From Alphaproteobacteria bacterium (GTDB lineage Bacteria > Pseudomonadota > Alphaproteobacteria > SP197): 64,000 nt of DNA. Positions within the stretch are counted from its first letter, which is position 1. Each line of letters opens with the position of its first letter. Positions 1 through 9,041 of the stretch are shown here, one piece after another. The stretch is taken from positions 1,440,001 through 1,504,000 of the forward strand of contig OZ219920.1 of assembly GCA_964291415.2 (NCBI GenBank). Reading direction: 5' to 3'. The position numbers and the translations under genes were made by a program. The notes under the pieces were generated by a model. The model was not told the origin of the DNA. It saw only the letters and a list, made by a program, of their open reading frames with translations, and ran no database searches.

Positions 1-614
1 GGCTGCTCGATCATCTCGACGCCAAGGCCTGCGAGATCATCCGCGACGTGGATGAGCTGATCCATGGTCCAGGCCTCGTTGGCGTCAATCACCAGACGTG
101 CACCGGGTGCGCCCTCGCGAACGGCATGCATCCTTTCCATGATGCACTCGCCATCGAGCTTGACCTTGAGCAGCGGGCGCGTCCGGTTGTCGGCCGCGGC
201 CCTCATCATGGCTTGAGGAGAATCGATGCCAATGGTCCAGGCGGTGATGAGAGAGGAGGGCTCGCTGAGCCCGGCGTGTTGCCAGACCGACTGGCCGGCG
301 AGTCGCGCCTCGAGGTCCCACAGGGCGCAGTCGACCCCATTGAAGGCCGCCCCCGCCCCGTGCAGATCGTGCCGGCCGGCGCCCCCCTCGACCGCCTCCT
401 TCAGCCGGGCGATGTCGGCGAGCACCGACTCCATGGTTTCGCCGTAGCGGGCATAGGGAACACATTCGCCCCTGCCCGTCATGCCCTCCTGGGCGATCTC
501 GACGACGATGACCCGGGCTTCGTTCTTCGCGCCTCGCGCAATCCTGAACGGACGGGCCAGTGGCCAGGTCTCGGGACGTGCGCGGACGGTTCGCCGATGA
601 CGAGGGCCTGTCAT
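1..614 (-). CDS. dgcA: Dipeptide epimerase / N-acetyl-D-Glu racemase (DgcA-like, enolase superfamily), truncated by window edge
   Basis: Manual translation from ATG at 614: MTGPRHRRTVRARPETWPLARPFRIARGAKNEARVIVVEI...GRGECVPYARYGET. ATGA overlap with the upstream DUF1611 gene. Not in the ORF track because it runs off the window. Confidence 0.8.
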   Translation of the reverse strand, partial: MTGPRHRRTVRARPETWPLARPFRIARGAKNEARVIVVEIAQEGMTGRGECVPYARYGETMESVLADIARLKEAVEGGAGRHDLHGAGAAFNGVDCALWDLEARLAGQSVWQHAGLSEPSSLITAWTIGIDSPQAMMRAAADNRTRPLLKVKLDGECIMERMHAVREGAPGARLVIDANEAWTMDQLIHVADDLAGLGVEMIEQ

Positions 615-1615
615 GGCTCCAGGGCATCAACGATGAACGAGGCGCCATGACGCACCGGATCGCCACACGGCAGGCCGTGCTCGGCGGCAGTCTTCGCGAT
701 CTCGCGAAGCGCTTCCTCCTCTCCCAGCGCGGAGGTGTTGATGGAGATGGCGATGACCCGGGCTTCGGGCGCGGTCAGGCCAGCCATCCGTTCATTGATC
801 TCGATGCAGTGCCGAAGTGACGGAAGGGATCGTCCCGGAAGACCGCGCATGTGGGAGCGCGTGGGCTCGTGACACATGACGAGGGCTTCCGCCTGGGCAC
901 CGTGAAGAAGACCGAGGCTCACCCCGGCAAAGGAGGGGTGAAACAGCGATCCCTGCCCCTCGATGATGTCCCAGTGATCGGGATCATTGGCCGGAGCAAG
1001 CCACTCCACCGACCCGGAAATGAAATCGGCGACCACCCCGTCAACGGCGATACCGCTCCCGGCGATGAAGATTCCGGACTGCCCGGTCGCCCTGAAGGTC
1101 GACTTCATGCCGCGGTCATGCATCTCGCGTTCGATGGCAAGGGAGGTGAACATCTTGCCCAGGGAACTGTCCGTGCCGACGGTGAGAAGCCGTCTGCCGG
1201 TGCGCGGCGTCCCCTTGCCGACGGAGAACTCTCTGGTGCTCTGGCGCACATCATGGAGGGTTCTTCCCAGACGTCGCGCGGCTTCGGCAATAGCCGGAAT
1301 GTCCGCAAGGCGCGTGTGCATGCCGGCCATGACGTCAAGTCCTGACTCGAGGGCCTCGATGATCGTGGCGCTCCAGTGATCGGGAATGAATCCACCGGCA
1401 TTGGCAACACCCACCAGCATCGTCCGGCATCCTGCATCTGCGGCCTCGCGGGTCGTCATGTCGGGCAATCCGAGATCCTGGTTGCAGCCGGCAAGGCGGA
1501 TCTGTGCCCGCGCCTTGTCGGGGCGCCAGATCTTGACCCCGGTCGCCCCCTTGATTGACAACTCGTCCCGGGCGTCACCCAGAAACAGCAGGTAGGGGGA
1601 TCCTGCATCTCTCAT
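611..1615 (-). CDS. dgcN: DUF1611 family protein / D-glutamate N-acetyltransferase (DgcN-like)
   Basis: Motifs TVGTDSSLGKM, ATGQSG, IEGQGSLFHPSF; GGAGG RBS before ATG 1615; coupled to the epimerase gene. Confidence 0.85.
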   Translation of the reverse strand: MRDAGSPYLLFLGDARDELSIKGATGVKIWRPDKARAQIRLAGCNQDLGLPDMTTREAADAGCRTMLVGVANAGGFIPDHWSATIIEALESGLDVMAGMHTRLADIPAIAEAARRLGRTLHDVRQSTREFSVGKGTPRTGRRLLTVGTDSSLGKMFTSLAIEREMHDRGMKSTFRATGQSGIFIAGSGIAVDGVVADFISGSVEWLAPANDPDHWDIIEGQGSLFHPSFAGVSLGLLHGAQAEALVMCHEPTRSHMRGLPGRSLPSLRHCIEINERMAGLTAPEARVIAISINTSALGEEEALREIAKTAAEHGLPCGDPVRHGASFIVDALEP

Positions 1616-1696
1616 GTCTTCCTCCGACAGGTTGTCACGAAGCCCACGTCGTCGCGCCATAGTAGTGTCACGACAGGGTGCCGGACCACATGCCGG

Positions 1697-2263
1697 TCAG
1701 CCGGAGCCCGACGCCGGGATCGTATCGTCATCGAAGTCCGACTCGAGCGGGACACGCGCGGTCTTCAGCAGCGTCGACATGACGAGATAGACGCCGACGG
1801 TGAAGACGATATCCAGGATCTTCCTGTCGCTGAAAACGCCATCCATCTCATCCAGGGTTTCCGGCCCGATCTCGGTCCCATCAAGCATGTCATCGACCGC
1901 ACGCAGCAACAGCTTTTCCTGCCTTGACCAACCGAGAGCCTCGCTTCCCTCCCGTACGCGGGCAATCCGGTCATCGTCAAGGCCGGCCTTGCGACCACGC
2001 ACCACGTGGTGACGCCACTCGTAGTCGCACGCGGTCAGGTGGGCGACTCGCAGGACCACAAGTTCCCGCTCCGCGGCGTCAAGTGAGGACGATTTCACAA
2101 CATGTTCGCGCAAGGGCGCGTAACTCGCCATGAGTTCCGGGTGACGGGCAATCACCCCGTGAATGTTGAGTGGCTGCCCGATCCGCCGCCGCACATCTCC
2201 CAGGGCGGGATCCCATGCATCCGGATCAAGTGGTTGAAGGCGGTGCGCTGAACCTGCCGACAT
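1697..2263 (-). CDS. Carboxymuconolactone decarboxylase (AhpD-like) family protein
   Basis: RELVVLRVAHLTACDYEWRHH motif; GGAG before ATG 2263. The longer ORF extension overlaps the DUF3883 gene and is rejected. Confidence 0.8.
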   Translation of the reverse strand: MSAGSAHRLQPLDPDAWDPALGDVRRRIGQPLNIHGVIARHPELMASYAPLREHVVKSSSLDAAERELVVLRVAHLTACDYEWRHHVVRGRKAGLDDDRIARVREGSEALGWSRQEKLLLRAVDDMLDGTEIGPETLDEMDGVFSDRKILDIVFTVGVYLVMSTLLKTARVPLESDFDDDTIPASGSG

Positions 2264-2371
2264 GAACATCTCCAGCTTGTCTCCTGACCCGCGACATTGC
2301 CGCCAGACCGGTCCGAAAGGAAGGCCACATCCTGCATGACACCAGGTGGCCGCGTCCCTACCCTGGAACCC

Positions 2372-3199
2372 ATGGCAAACGTTCCCTGGACGGACGACGA
2401 GAATGACCTGCTCGTCGCAGACTACTTCCGGATGCTTGCTGCCGACCTGAACGGGCAGAACTACAGCAAGGCTGGACACGCGCGTCAGCTCATGGATCGC
2501 CTGGACAACCGCTCGAAAGGAGCAATCGAGTACAAGCGGCGCAACCTCAGTGCCGTCCTCCAGGGACTCGGTGACACCTGGTTGCCAGGTTACCTTCCCG
2601 CGTACAACGTCCAGGCGTCCCTTGAAGATGCCGTCGCCCGGTGGCTGGCGCGCCATCCTGGCTGGCTGGACCGCGTACCTGCACTCGAGCCAGCCAATGC
2701 GGTGCCCCTGCGAATCGAACAACCGCCAACGCTCGCCAACCACCCATTGCCGGAGGGCCACGACAAGGTGTCCGGGATCGCCGTCAGGTTTGATGCCGCG
2801 GGCCGTGACGAACGCAACCGGGCACTCGGCCATCTCGGCGAGCGCCTCGCCCTAGCTCATGAACGGACCACGCTGGCGTGCGCTGGCCGCGCCGATCTTG
2901 CCCGTGATGTGCGCTGGGTATCCCAGGAGGACGGTGACGGCGCCGGATACGACATTGCCAGCTTCACCCCTGAAGGCGCGGTCCGTCTCCTGGAGGTGAA
3001 GACCACGAAGGGATACGCGCGCACCCCTTTCTGGATATCCCGGAACGAATTGGCAGTCGCCGAAGAACGGCGCGCTGAATGGAGGCTGTTCCGTCTCTGG
3101 AATGTCTCACGCACGCCTCAGGCATTTGAACTCTCCCCGCCGCTCGACGCACACGTTTCGCTCATGCCCACGCAGTTTCTGGCGGACTTCCGCCACTAG
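2372..3199 (+). CDS. DUF3883 (NO VEIN C-terminal-like) PD-(D/E)XK nuclease-domain protein
   Basis: C-terminal GE...VSQEDGDGAGYDIASF...LLEVKTT...FWISRNE; N-terminal domain WTDDENDLLVADYF. Confidence 0.8.
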   Translation: MANVPWTDDENDLLVADYFRMLAADLNGQNYSKAGHARQLMDRLDNRSKGAIEYKRRNLSAVLQGLGDTWLPGYLPAYNVQASLEDAVARWLARHPGWLDRVPALEPANAVPLRIEQPPTLANHPLPEGHDKVSGIAVRFDAAGRDERNRALGHLGERLALAHERTTLACAGRADLARDVRWVSQEDGDGAGYDIASFTPEGAVRLLEVKTTKGYARTPFWISRNELAVAEERRAEWRLFRLWNVSRTPQAFELSPPLDAHVSLMPTQFLADFRH

Positions 3200-3247
3200 G
3201 CTGTTCCTGTCGGCAAAGACCTTGATGTCGCACGACTGCTATGCGAC

Positions 3248-4528
3248 ATGGCCGCAGCGATCCAAGGAATGTCTCACGTGGTCCCTCCCCTGCTCGATAC
3301 CGGCTATGCCCGCTCCTTCTTTCCTGCCCTCAACGACTCGTGGGCCTTCATGGAGAACGCGGGCGGCAGTCTTGTTCCACATACGGTGATCGAGGCGGTC
3401 AGCGCCTACATGAGCGAGTGCCAGGTGCAGCCCGGCGACAATGCGGCGATTGCGCGCGAAGCGCAGCGGCGCATGGCGGCCGGTCAAGCGACCGCAGCCG
3501 CCATGCTGAACGCCTCTCCGGACGAGGTGGTCGTCGGCCCCTCGACCACGCGCAACGTGCAGACCCTGGCCATGGCCATGCGCTCCCGGCTTCGCGAGAA
3601 CGACGAGATCATCGTCACCAACCTCGACCACGAAGCCAACAACAACCATTGGCGGCGCCTTCGGGAGTTTGGCCTCGTCATCAGGGAGTGGCAGGTCAAC
3701 CCCGAGACGGCGGAACTCGAAACCGGCGCCCTGGAGCCGCTGCTCAACGAAAGAACGAGGCTGGTCTGCTTTTCCCACTGCTCCAACATCACCGGCGGTC
3801 CCAACCCGGTGCGCGAGATCACTGCCCTGGCGCATGCCGCCGGGGCCCAGGTCTGCATCGACGGAGTCGCGATGGCCCCGCACGCGTCCATCGATGTCCG
3901 CGAGCTCGATGTGGACTACTATCTGTTCAGTCTTTACAAGACCTTCGGTCCCCATCTTGGAGTCATGTATGGGAAGCGGGAACATCTTCTCGCGCTGCCC
4001 GGACAGTACTTCCATTTCCATGGCGAGGACGACATCCCGCTCAAGCTCAACCCCGGGGCGCCCAATCACGAGCTGACGGCGGCGACGGCCGGCGTTGGCG
4101 CCTATCTCGACGCCCTGGCCCGGCACCATCTCGACGAGCCCGCGCACGATCCGGTCATCCGCTATCGCCAGGTCTTCGGCCTGATCCGGGATCATGAATC
4201 GGCGCTTTGTGGCCGGTTTCTCTCGTGGGCCGCGGATCGGCCCCGGATCCGTCTGGTGGGACGCCGGCAGGCCGGCAACACCGGTCGCGCGCCCACATTC
4301 AGTTTCACCGTGGACGGCATGGCCAGTCAGCAACTGCCCGCGTTGCTGGAGTCCCGCGGCATCGTGGCGGGAGCCGGCGATTTCTATGCACCCAGAGTGC
4401 TGGAGGCGAAGGGAATCGCTCCTTCAGACGGCGTCGTTCGGTGCTCACTCGTTCACTACAACACGGCGGACGAAGTGGACCGCCTCACCATGGCCCTTGA
4501 TGCCATCATGGCGGAGAATCACGCATGA
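3248..4528 (+). CDS. Class V PLP-dependent enzyme (cysteine desulfurase-like, no catalytic Cys)
   Basis: ENAGGS, DHEAN, SNITG, FSLYKTFGPH (PLP Lys); GDFYA where SufS has GHHCA. Start could be 3269. Confidence 0.85.
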   Translation: MAAAIQGMSHVVPPLLDTGYARSFFPALNDSWAFMENAGGSLVPHTVIEAVSAYMSECQVQPGDNAAIAREAQRRMAAGQATAAAMLNASPDEVVVGPSTTRNVQTLAMAMRSRLRENDEIIVTNLDHEANNNHWRRLREFGLVIREWQVNPETAELETGALEPLLNERTRLVCFSHCSNITGGPNPVREITALAHAAGAQVCIDGVAMAPHASIDVRELDVDYYLFSLYKTFGPHLGVMYGKREHLLALPGQYFHFHGEDDIPLKLNPGAPNHELTAATAGVGAYLDALARHHLDEPAHDPVIRYRQVFGLIRDHESALCGRFLSWAADRPRIRLVGRRQAGNTGRAPTFSFTVDGMASQQLPALLESRGIVAGAGDFYAPRVLEAKGIAPSDGVVRCSLVHYNTADEVDRLTMALDAIMAENHA

Positions 4529-5481
4529 CCTCTCTCGAGGCCCTGTTGTCGGCCGAGCGGCTGCTGCGCCGCCACCTCGGCGAAACCCCCCTTCACCACT
4601 GGCCGCTGCTCAGCCGGCGCAGCGGCGCCGAGGTCTGGGTCAAGCATGAAAACCACACCCGGATCGGCGCCTTCAAGATCCGCGGCGGGCTTGTCTACAT
4701 GGAGAGGCTCAAGGCACGGGAACCGGACGTTCCAGGTGTCATCGCGGCGACCCGCGGCAATCACGGCCAGAGTGTGGCCCTTGCGGCCGGTCTCTCCGGC
4801 GTTCCGGCAACCATCGTCGTGCCGCACGGCAATTCCGTCGAGAAGAACAAGGCGATGCGCGCACTTGGTGCGGACCTGATCGAGCATGGCCACGACTTCC
4901 AGGAGGCCCTGGTTCACGCCCGGGATCTGGCCGGACGCCACGGCCTCCACATGCTGGCCTCGTTCCACGATGACCTTGTCTGCGGCGTCGCAAGCTACGG
5001 TCTCGAGATCTTCCGAAGCCATGATGACATCGACACGGTCTATGTGCCGATCGGTCTGGGCTCGGGCCTGTGCGGTACCTTGAGGGCGCGCGACGCGTTG
5101 GCGTCCGGCGCCGCGGTGGTTGGCGTGGTGGCCGAAAACGCCCCCTGCTACGCCCGTTCCTTTGCTGCCGGAGCACCCGTCACCACCAACCGTTGCGATA
5201 CCATCGCCGACGGCATGGCGGTGCGCGTGCCTCACGATGACGCGGTGGGCGAGATCAACGCCGGCGCCGAGCGCATCGTCACCACGAGCGAGGACGACAT
5301 CCGCGCCGCCATGCGGCACTACTTCACCGACACCCACAACGTGGCGGAAGGCGCCGGCGCCGCCCCCCTGGCGGCCCTCTTGCGTGAACGCGACCGCATG
5401 GCCGGACGCAAGGTTGTTCTCGTGCTGTCGGGCGGCAACATCGACCGCGATCTCTTCGCCCGTATCCTCCAGGACGCCTGA
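4525..5481 (+). CDS. Threonine/serine dehydratase family (PLP fold II)
   Basis: KHENHTRIGAFKIRGG, ATRGNHG, PIGLGSG, LSGGNID; ATGA overlap with the previous gene. Confidence 0.85.
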   Translation: MTSLEALLSAERLLRRHLGETPLHHWPLLSRRSGAEVWVKHENHTRIGAFKIRGGLVYMERLKAREPDVPGVIAATRGNHGQSVALAAGLSGVPATIVVPHGNSVEKNKAMRALGADLIEHGHDFQEALVHARDLAGRHGLHMLASFHDDLVCGVASYGLEIFRSHDDIDTVYVPIGLGSGLCGTLRARDALASGAAVVGVVAENAPCYARSFAAGAPVTTNRCDTIADGMAVRVPHDDAVGEINAGAERIVTTSEDDIRAAMRHYFTDTHNVAEGAGAAPLAALLRERDRMAGRKVVLVLSGGNIDRDLFARILQDA

Positions 5482-5496
5482 CGCCTCCCCGGCACG

Positions 5497-6870
5497 TCAG
5501 AGCAGGAGCAGGGACCCAAGGGCGAGGAAGACGAAGAAGCCGACGACATCGGTCACCGTGGTGAGGAAGATGCTCGCGGCAACCGCGGGATCGATGCCGA
5601 ACCTCTCCAGCACCAGGGGCGTGGCGGCGCCGATGAATCCGGCGACAGCAAGGTTGGCCACCATGGCCATGGCGATGACGGCGCCAAGCATGGGACTCTG
5701 GAACCATACCCAGGCGACCAGCCCGGTGATCGCGGCAAAGAGAATCCCGTTGAGGGTGCCGACCAGAATCTCCTTGGCGATCACCCTCATGCCGTTGGCC
5801 CGGGTGAGGTCCCTTGTCGCCAGGGCCCGGACCGCCACCGTCATCGTCTGGGTACCGGCATTGCCCCCCATCGAGGCGACGATGGGCATGAGGACGGCAA
5901 GGGCAACGATCTCCCTGATCGTGCCTTCGAAGATGCCGATGACCATGGACGCCATGACGGCGGTTCCGAGATTGATGAAGAGCCACCAGAAGCGCTTGCG
6001 CGTGGTGTCGATCACCCCCTGATTGAGGTCGGTGGCGGCCACGCCGCCAAGGCGGAGCACGTCCTCTTCCGTTTCCTCGCTCAACACGTCCACCATGTCG
6101 TCGAAGGTGATGGTACCCAGCAACCGGCCGTCGCCGTCGACGACAGCCACCTCGGAGAGCCCGTACTGCTGGAAGAGCCAGGAAACCTCTTCCTGGTCGG
6201 TATCGGCCTTCACGGTCAAGGCTTCGCCCTGGACGAGCGACGTCAGTCGAACGTGGCGGTCACTGCGAATCAGCGCTGCCAGCGCGATGACACCCAGTGG
6301 CCGGTGACCGGGATCGACGACAAAGACGGCATAGAACTCTTCCGGGAGATCGCCTGCGCCTCTCAGGTGGTCGATGGTCTGGCCTACGTTCCAGAATGCC
6401 GGGAGAGCCACGACATCACGGCGCATGAGGCGCCCGGCACTGTCTTCAGGGAAGGTGAGTCCCTGCTCCACCACCTGGCGTTCCGGCGCCGGCACCGCGT
6501 CCAGCACTTCCCGGCGGACCGGGTCATCGAGATCGGCAATGACGTCGACGGCATCATCGGAATCGAGCCTGCCCACCAGCCGGGCAAACGTCTCGAGGCC
6601 GAGTTCCTTGCGCAGGTCGTCGAGAACGGCGTCATCGAGATCGGGAAGGATCTCGGCGTCGATGTCCGGACCGAGGGCCTCGATCACCACCCGGCGCTGT
6701 GCGCCGCCCATCTGTTCGAGGAGATCCGCCTTGTCGGCGGCATGCAAAGGCACCACGAGCGCCTCGAGACGCACCAGGTCCTCCGCATCGACAGCATCGA
6801 TGATTGCCCGAAGAAGATCGGGGCTGAGCCCGTAGAGATCGTGAACTGACTGCAGCGATGTGTCTGTCAT
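5497..6870 (-). CDS. mgtE: Magnesium transporter MgtE
   Basis: N-domain, CBS pair (DSAGRLM), TM region MPIVASMGGNAGTQ and DPAVAAS...TTVTDV. Confidence 0.95.
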   Translation of the reverse strand: MTDTSLQSVHDLYGLSPDLLRAIIDAVDAEDLVRLEALVVPLHAADKADLLEQMGGAQRRVVIEALGPDIDAEILPDLDDAVLDDLRKELGLETFARLVGRLDSDDAVDVIADLDDPVRREVLDAVPAPERQVVEQGLTFPEDSAGRLMRRDVVALPAFWNVGQTIDHLRGAGDLPEEFYAVFVVDPGHRPLGVIALAALIRSDRHVRLTSLVQGEALTVKADTDQEEVSWLFQQYGLSEVAVVDGDGRLLGTITFDDMVDVLSEETEEDVLRLGGVAATDLNQGVIDTTRKRFWWLFINLGTAVMASMVIGIFEGTIREIVALAVLMPIVASMGGNAGTQTMTVAVRALATRDLTRANGMRVIAKEILVGTLNGILFAAITGLVAWVWFQSPMLGAVIAMAMVANLAVAGFIGAATPLVLERFGIDPAVAASIFLTTVTDVVGFFVFLALGSLLLL

Positions 6871-6909
6871 GGCACACGTCCCCTGTCGTTCCGGGGGCGC
6901 GTGCTGAAA

Positions 6910-6996
6910 TGGTGCGGTCGAGAAGACTCGAACTTCCACGGGCTCTCGCCCACAGCGCCCTCAACGCTGCGCGTCTACCAATTCCGCCACGACCGC
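6910..6996 (-). tRNA. tRNA-Leu(GAG)
   Basis: GCGGTCGTGGCGGAATTGGTAGACGCGCAGCGTT-GAG-GGCGCTG...GTTCGAGTC...ACCA; long variable arm; CCA encoded. Confidence 0.97.
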
Positions 6997-7014
6997 ATTG
7001 ACGGGCAGGCCGCA

Positions 7015-7043
7015 CGTATAGCTAATCCTCAAGTACGCCGCAA
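7015..7043 (-). promoter_or_regulatory. Sigma70-type promoter for tRNA-Leu (and possibly mgtE)
   Basis: TTGCGG-N17-TATACG, ending 18 nt upstream of the tRNA. Confidence 0.55.
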
Positions 7044-7054
7044 GGCGAGGTATC

Positions 7055-7110
7055 CGTGTCGATGAAATCTCATTCCATCGACACGTGCCACCGTGGCAAG
7101 GGTATGCGCT
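7055..7110. repeat. 56-bp direct repeat copy 1 (downstream of fic), with internal palindrome
   Basis: 48/56 identical to 8281-8336; arms CGTGTCGATG...CATCGACACG. Confidence 0.9.
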
Positions 7111-7146
7111 GCGGGCGCGGCCATGAGCCATGAGCGCCGGGAATGC

Positions 7147-8232
7147 TCATGCAGCGTCGGCGAGGAGCGCCAGGAGAGGCCGGTTGATGTAGAGGTTTTC
7201 GCGTCCGGCCCTGATTTGCTTGAGTATGCCCTCGGCAGCAAGGGACTTCAGGTAGATGGCGGCTGTCTGGCGTTTAGCGATGTTGGCGGCGACCACGTCA
7301 CTGACTCGGCAGTATGGTTGCTCGAAGACCAGTTCGATCAGTTCGCGAGAATAGATTTTCGGCAGTTCCTGTCGCATTTCAGCGGCCTTCTCGTCGAGAA
7401 GATCCCGAATCGCATTGATTTTTCCCGTCGTCCACTCGGCCGTCGTTCTGACCGCCTCGAGAATGAACAGGATCCAGGTCTCCCAGGCGTGCCGGGTCGT
7501 CACATCGTGCAGATACCGATAGTAGAGCGCCTTGTTCCGGATGATGTGTCGACTGAGGTAGAGCACGGGAATGTCGAGAAGGCCCTTGTCGACAAGATAG
7601 AGCAGGTTCAATACGCGTCCTGTCCGACCGTTGCCATCAACGAACGGATGAATGGCCTCGAACTGATAGTGCATCACTGCAAGCCGGATCAGCGGGTCGA
7701 GTTCCCCGCCTTCGTGGATGTAGCGCTCCCAGTTCGCCAGCTTTCTCCGAAGCAGGTCCTCTCCCTCAGGCGGAGTGTAGATCACGTCACTGGTTGCATC
7801 ATTGATCAACGCGGTCCCGGGCGTATTGCGAACATCGAGATCGACTCCCTTGATCGTCCGACAGACTTCGACCGCCAGGGCGGTCGAAACCGGGCGGCGC
7901 TTCAGCATCTTGAAACCACGGTAGAGGGCGGTGCGATAGCGCAGAGCCTCCCTCGTGGCCGGGTCCGCCTGATCCGCCACGTCGTTGGCATGGCGGAACA
8001 AACGGTCGGTCGTCGTGACGATGTTCTCGATCTCGGAACTCGCCTGCGCTTCGAGCAGAGGAATCGAGTTAATCAACATCGCCTGGTTCGGTATGAGCCT
8101 GCCGGAGATCCGAAGTTCTTCCAGCGCCGTGCGCGCGGCGATGCAGCTGCGAAGGATGGCGCGTGTCTCGGTTTGAAAAACCGGTGGCAGGTCCGGAAGG
8201 TCATTGAAGGGGCGGCCGGGATCGAAGGCCAT
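7147..8232 (-). CDS. fic: Fic family protein adenylyltransferase (SoFic-like, class II, C-terminal HTH)
   Basis: Catalytic HPFVDGNGRTGR; inhibitory SSEIEN; start MAFDPGRPFNDLP; C-terminal winged-helix-like RQTAAIYLKSL...GRENLYIN. Confidence 0.93.
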   Translation of the reverse strand: MAFDPGRPFNDLPDLPPVFQTETRAILRSCIAARTALEELRISGRLIPNQAMLINSIPLLEAQASSEIENIVTTTDRLFRHANDVADQADPATREALRYRTALYRGFKMLKRRPVSTALAVEVCRTIKGVDLDVRNTPGTALINDATSDVIYTPPEGEDLLRRKLANWERYIHEGGELDPLIRLAVMHYQFEAIHPFVDGNGRTGRVLNLLYLVDKGLLDIPVLYLSRHIIRNKALYYRYLHDVTTRHAWETWILFILEAVRTTAEWTTGKINAIRDLLDEKAAEMRQELPKIYSRELIELVFEQPYCRVSDVVAANIAKRQTAAIYLKSLAAEGILKQIRAGRENLYINRPLLALLADAA

Positions 8233-8280
8233 GTCGATGCGCTCCCCGGACATGTCGATACCGTCGACATATGTCCTTAA

Positions 8281-8336
8281 CGTGTCGATGAAATTCAATT
8301 TTATCGACACGTGCGATCGTTGCAAGGGTATGCGCT
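8281..8336. repeat. 56-bp direct repeat copy 2 (upstream of fic): promoter with overlapping palindromic operator
   Basis: Minus-strand TTGCAA-N16-TAAAAT overlapping the palindrome CGTGTCGAT-N13-ATCGACACG. Confidence 0.85.
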
Positions 8337-8399
8337 ATCGAGCAGACGTGGGAGCGGGCGGGTTCCGGGCAACATTGGTGATCTGCTAGATTTGCTTCC

Positions 8400-9041
8400 A
8401 TGACATCTGTTCGCTGGATGGTGAGCGATCGGCCGGTGGCCTATCCGGATGCGGTGCGGTCCATGGAAGAGACGGTCGCTGGCATTCGCGCCGGCGGGGC
8501 GCCGGAAACGGTGTGGCTGCTCGAACATCCGAGCGTCTTCACTGCGGGAACGAGTGCGCGGGATGACGAACTCATCGATGCCGGAGACATCCCTGTCTAC
8601 CGCACCGGGCGCGGCGGCCGCTACACCTGGCATGGGCCAGGTCAGCAGATTGCCTACGTCATGCTCGACCTCGCCCGCCGGGGACACGATCTGCATGCCT
8701 TTGTCGCTGACCTTGAAACCTGGATCATCCGGACGCTGGCGCGATTCGGAGTTGAGGGTCAATGCCGCCGGGACCGGGTCGGGGTCTGGGTGGTCGACGC
8801 CTGCGGCCGCGAGGACAAGATCGCGGCCATCGGCATACGCGTACGGCGCTGGGTGAGCTTTCATGGCATCAGCATCAACCGCGCCCCGGATCTCGCGCCC
8901 TACACCCGTATCGTGCCGTGCGGCGTCAGGTCTCACGGCGTGACGTCACTGGCTGCGCTCGGCGTCGAGGTCGAAGACGATGCGTTGCGCTCGGCCATGG
9001 AAGAGACGTTCCGGGACGTCTTCTACAACGTTGGTCGTTGA
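8400..9041 (+). CDS. lipB: Lipoyl(octanoyl) transferase LipB
   Basis: WLLEHPSVFTAGT, RGGRYTWHGPGQ, KIAAIG, HGISIN, IVPCG. Confidence 0.95.
   Translation: MTSVRWMVSDRPVAYPDAVRSMEETVAGIRAGGAPETVWLLEHPSVFTAGTSARDDELIDAGDIPVYRTGRGGRYTWHGPGQQIAYVMLDLARRGHDLHAFVADLETWIIRTLARFGVEGQCRRDRVGVWVVDACGREDKIAAIGIRVRRWVSFHGISINRAPDLAPYTRIVPCGVRSHGVTSLAALGVEVEDDALRSAMEETFRDVFYNVGR

Noticed and set aside
2264-2833. Long N-terminal ORF extensions (CMD gene to 2833, rarA to 16677, adk to 20396, nusG to 47175, lyase to 51966, aldolase to 57029)
   Set aside because: They overlap other real genes or tRNAs; better-supported internal starts exist.
7055-8336. Reading the fic-flanking repeats as a CRISPR array, IS ends or integron attC sites
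   Set aside because: Only two copies 1.2 kb apart in direct orientation; no cas, transposase or intI gene; no GTTRRRY/RYYYAAC core boxes seen.
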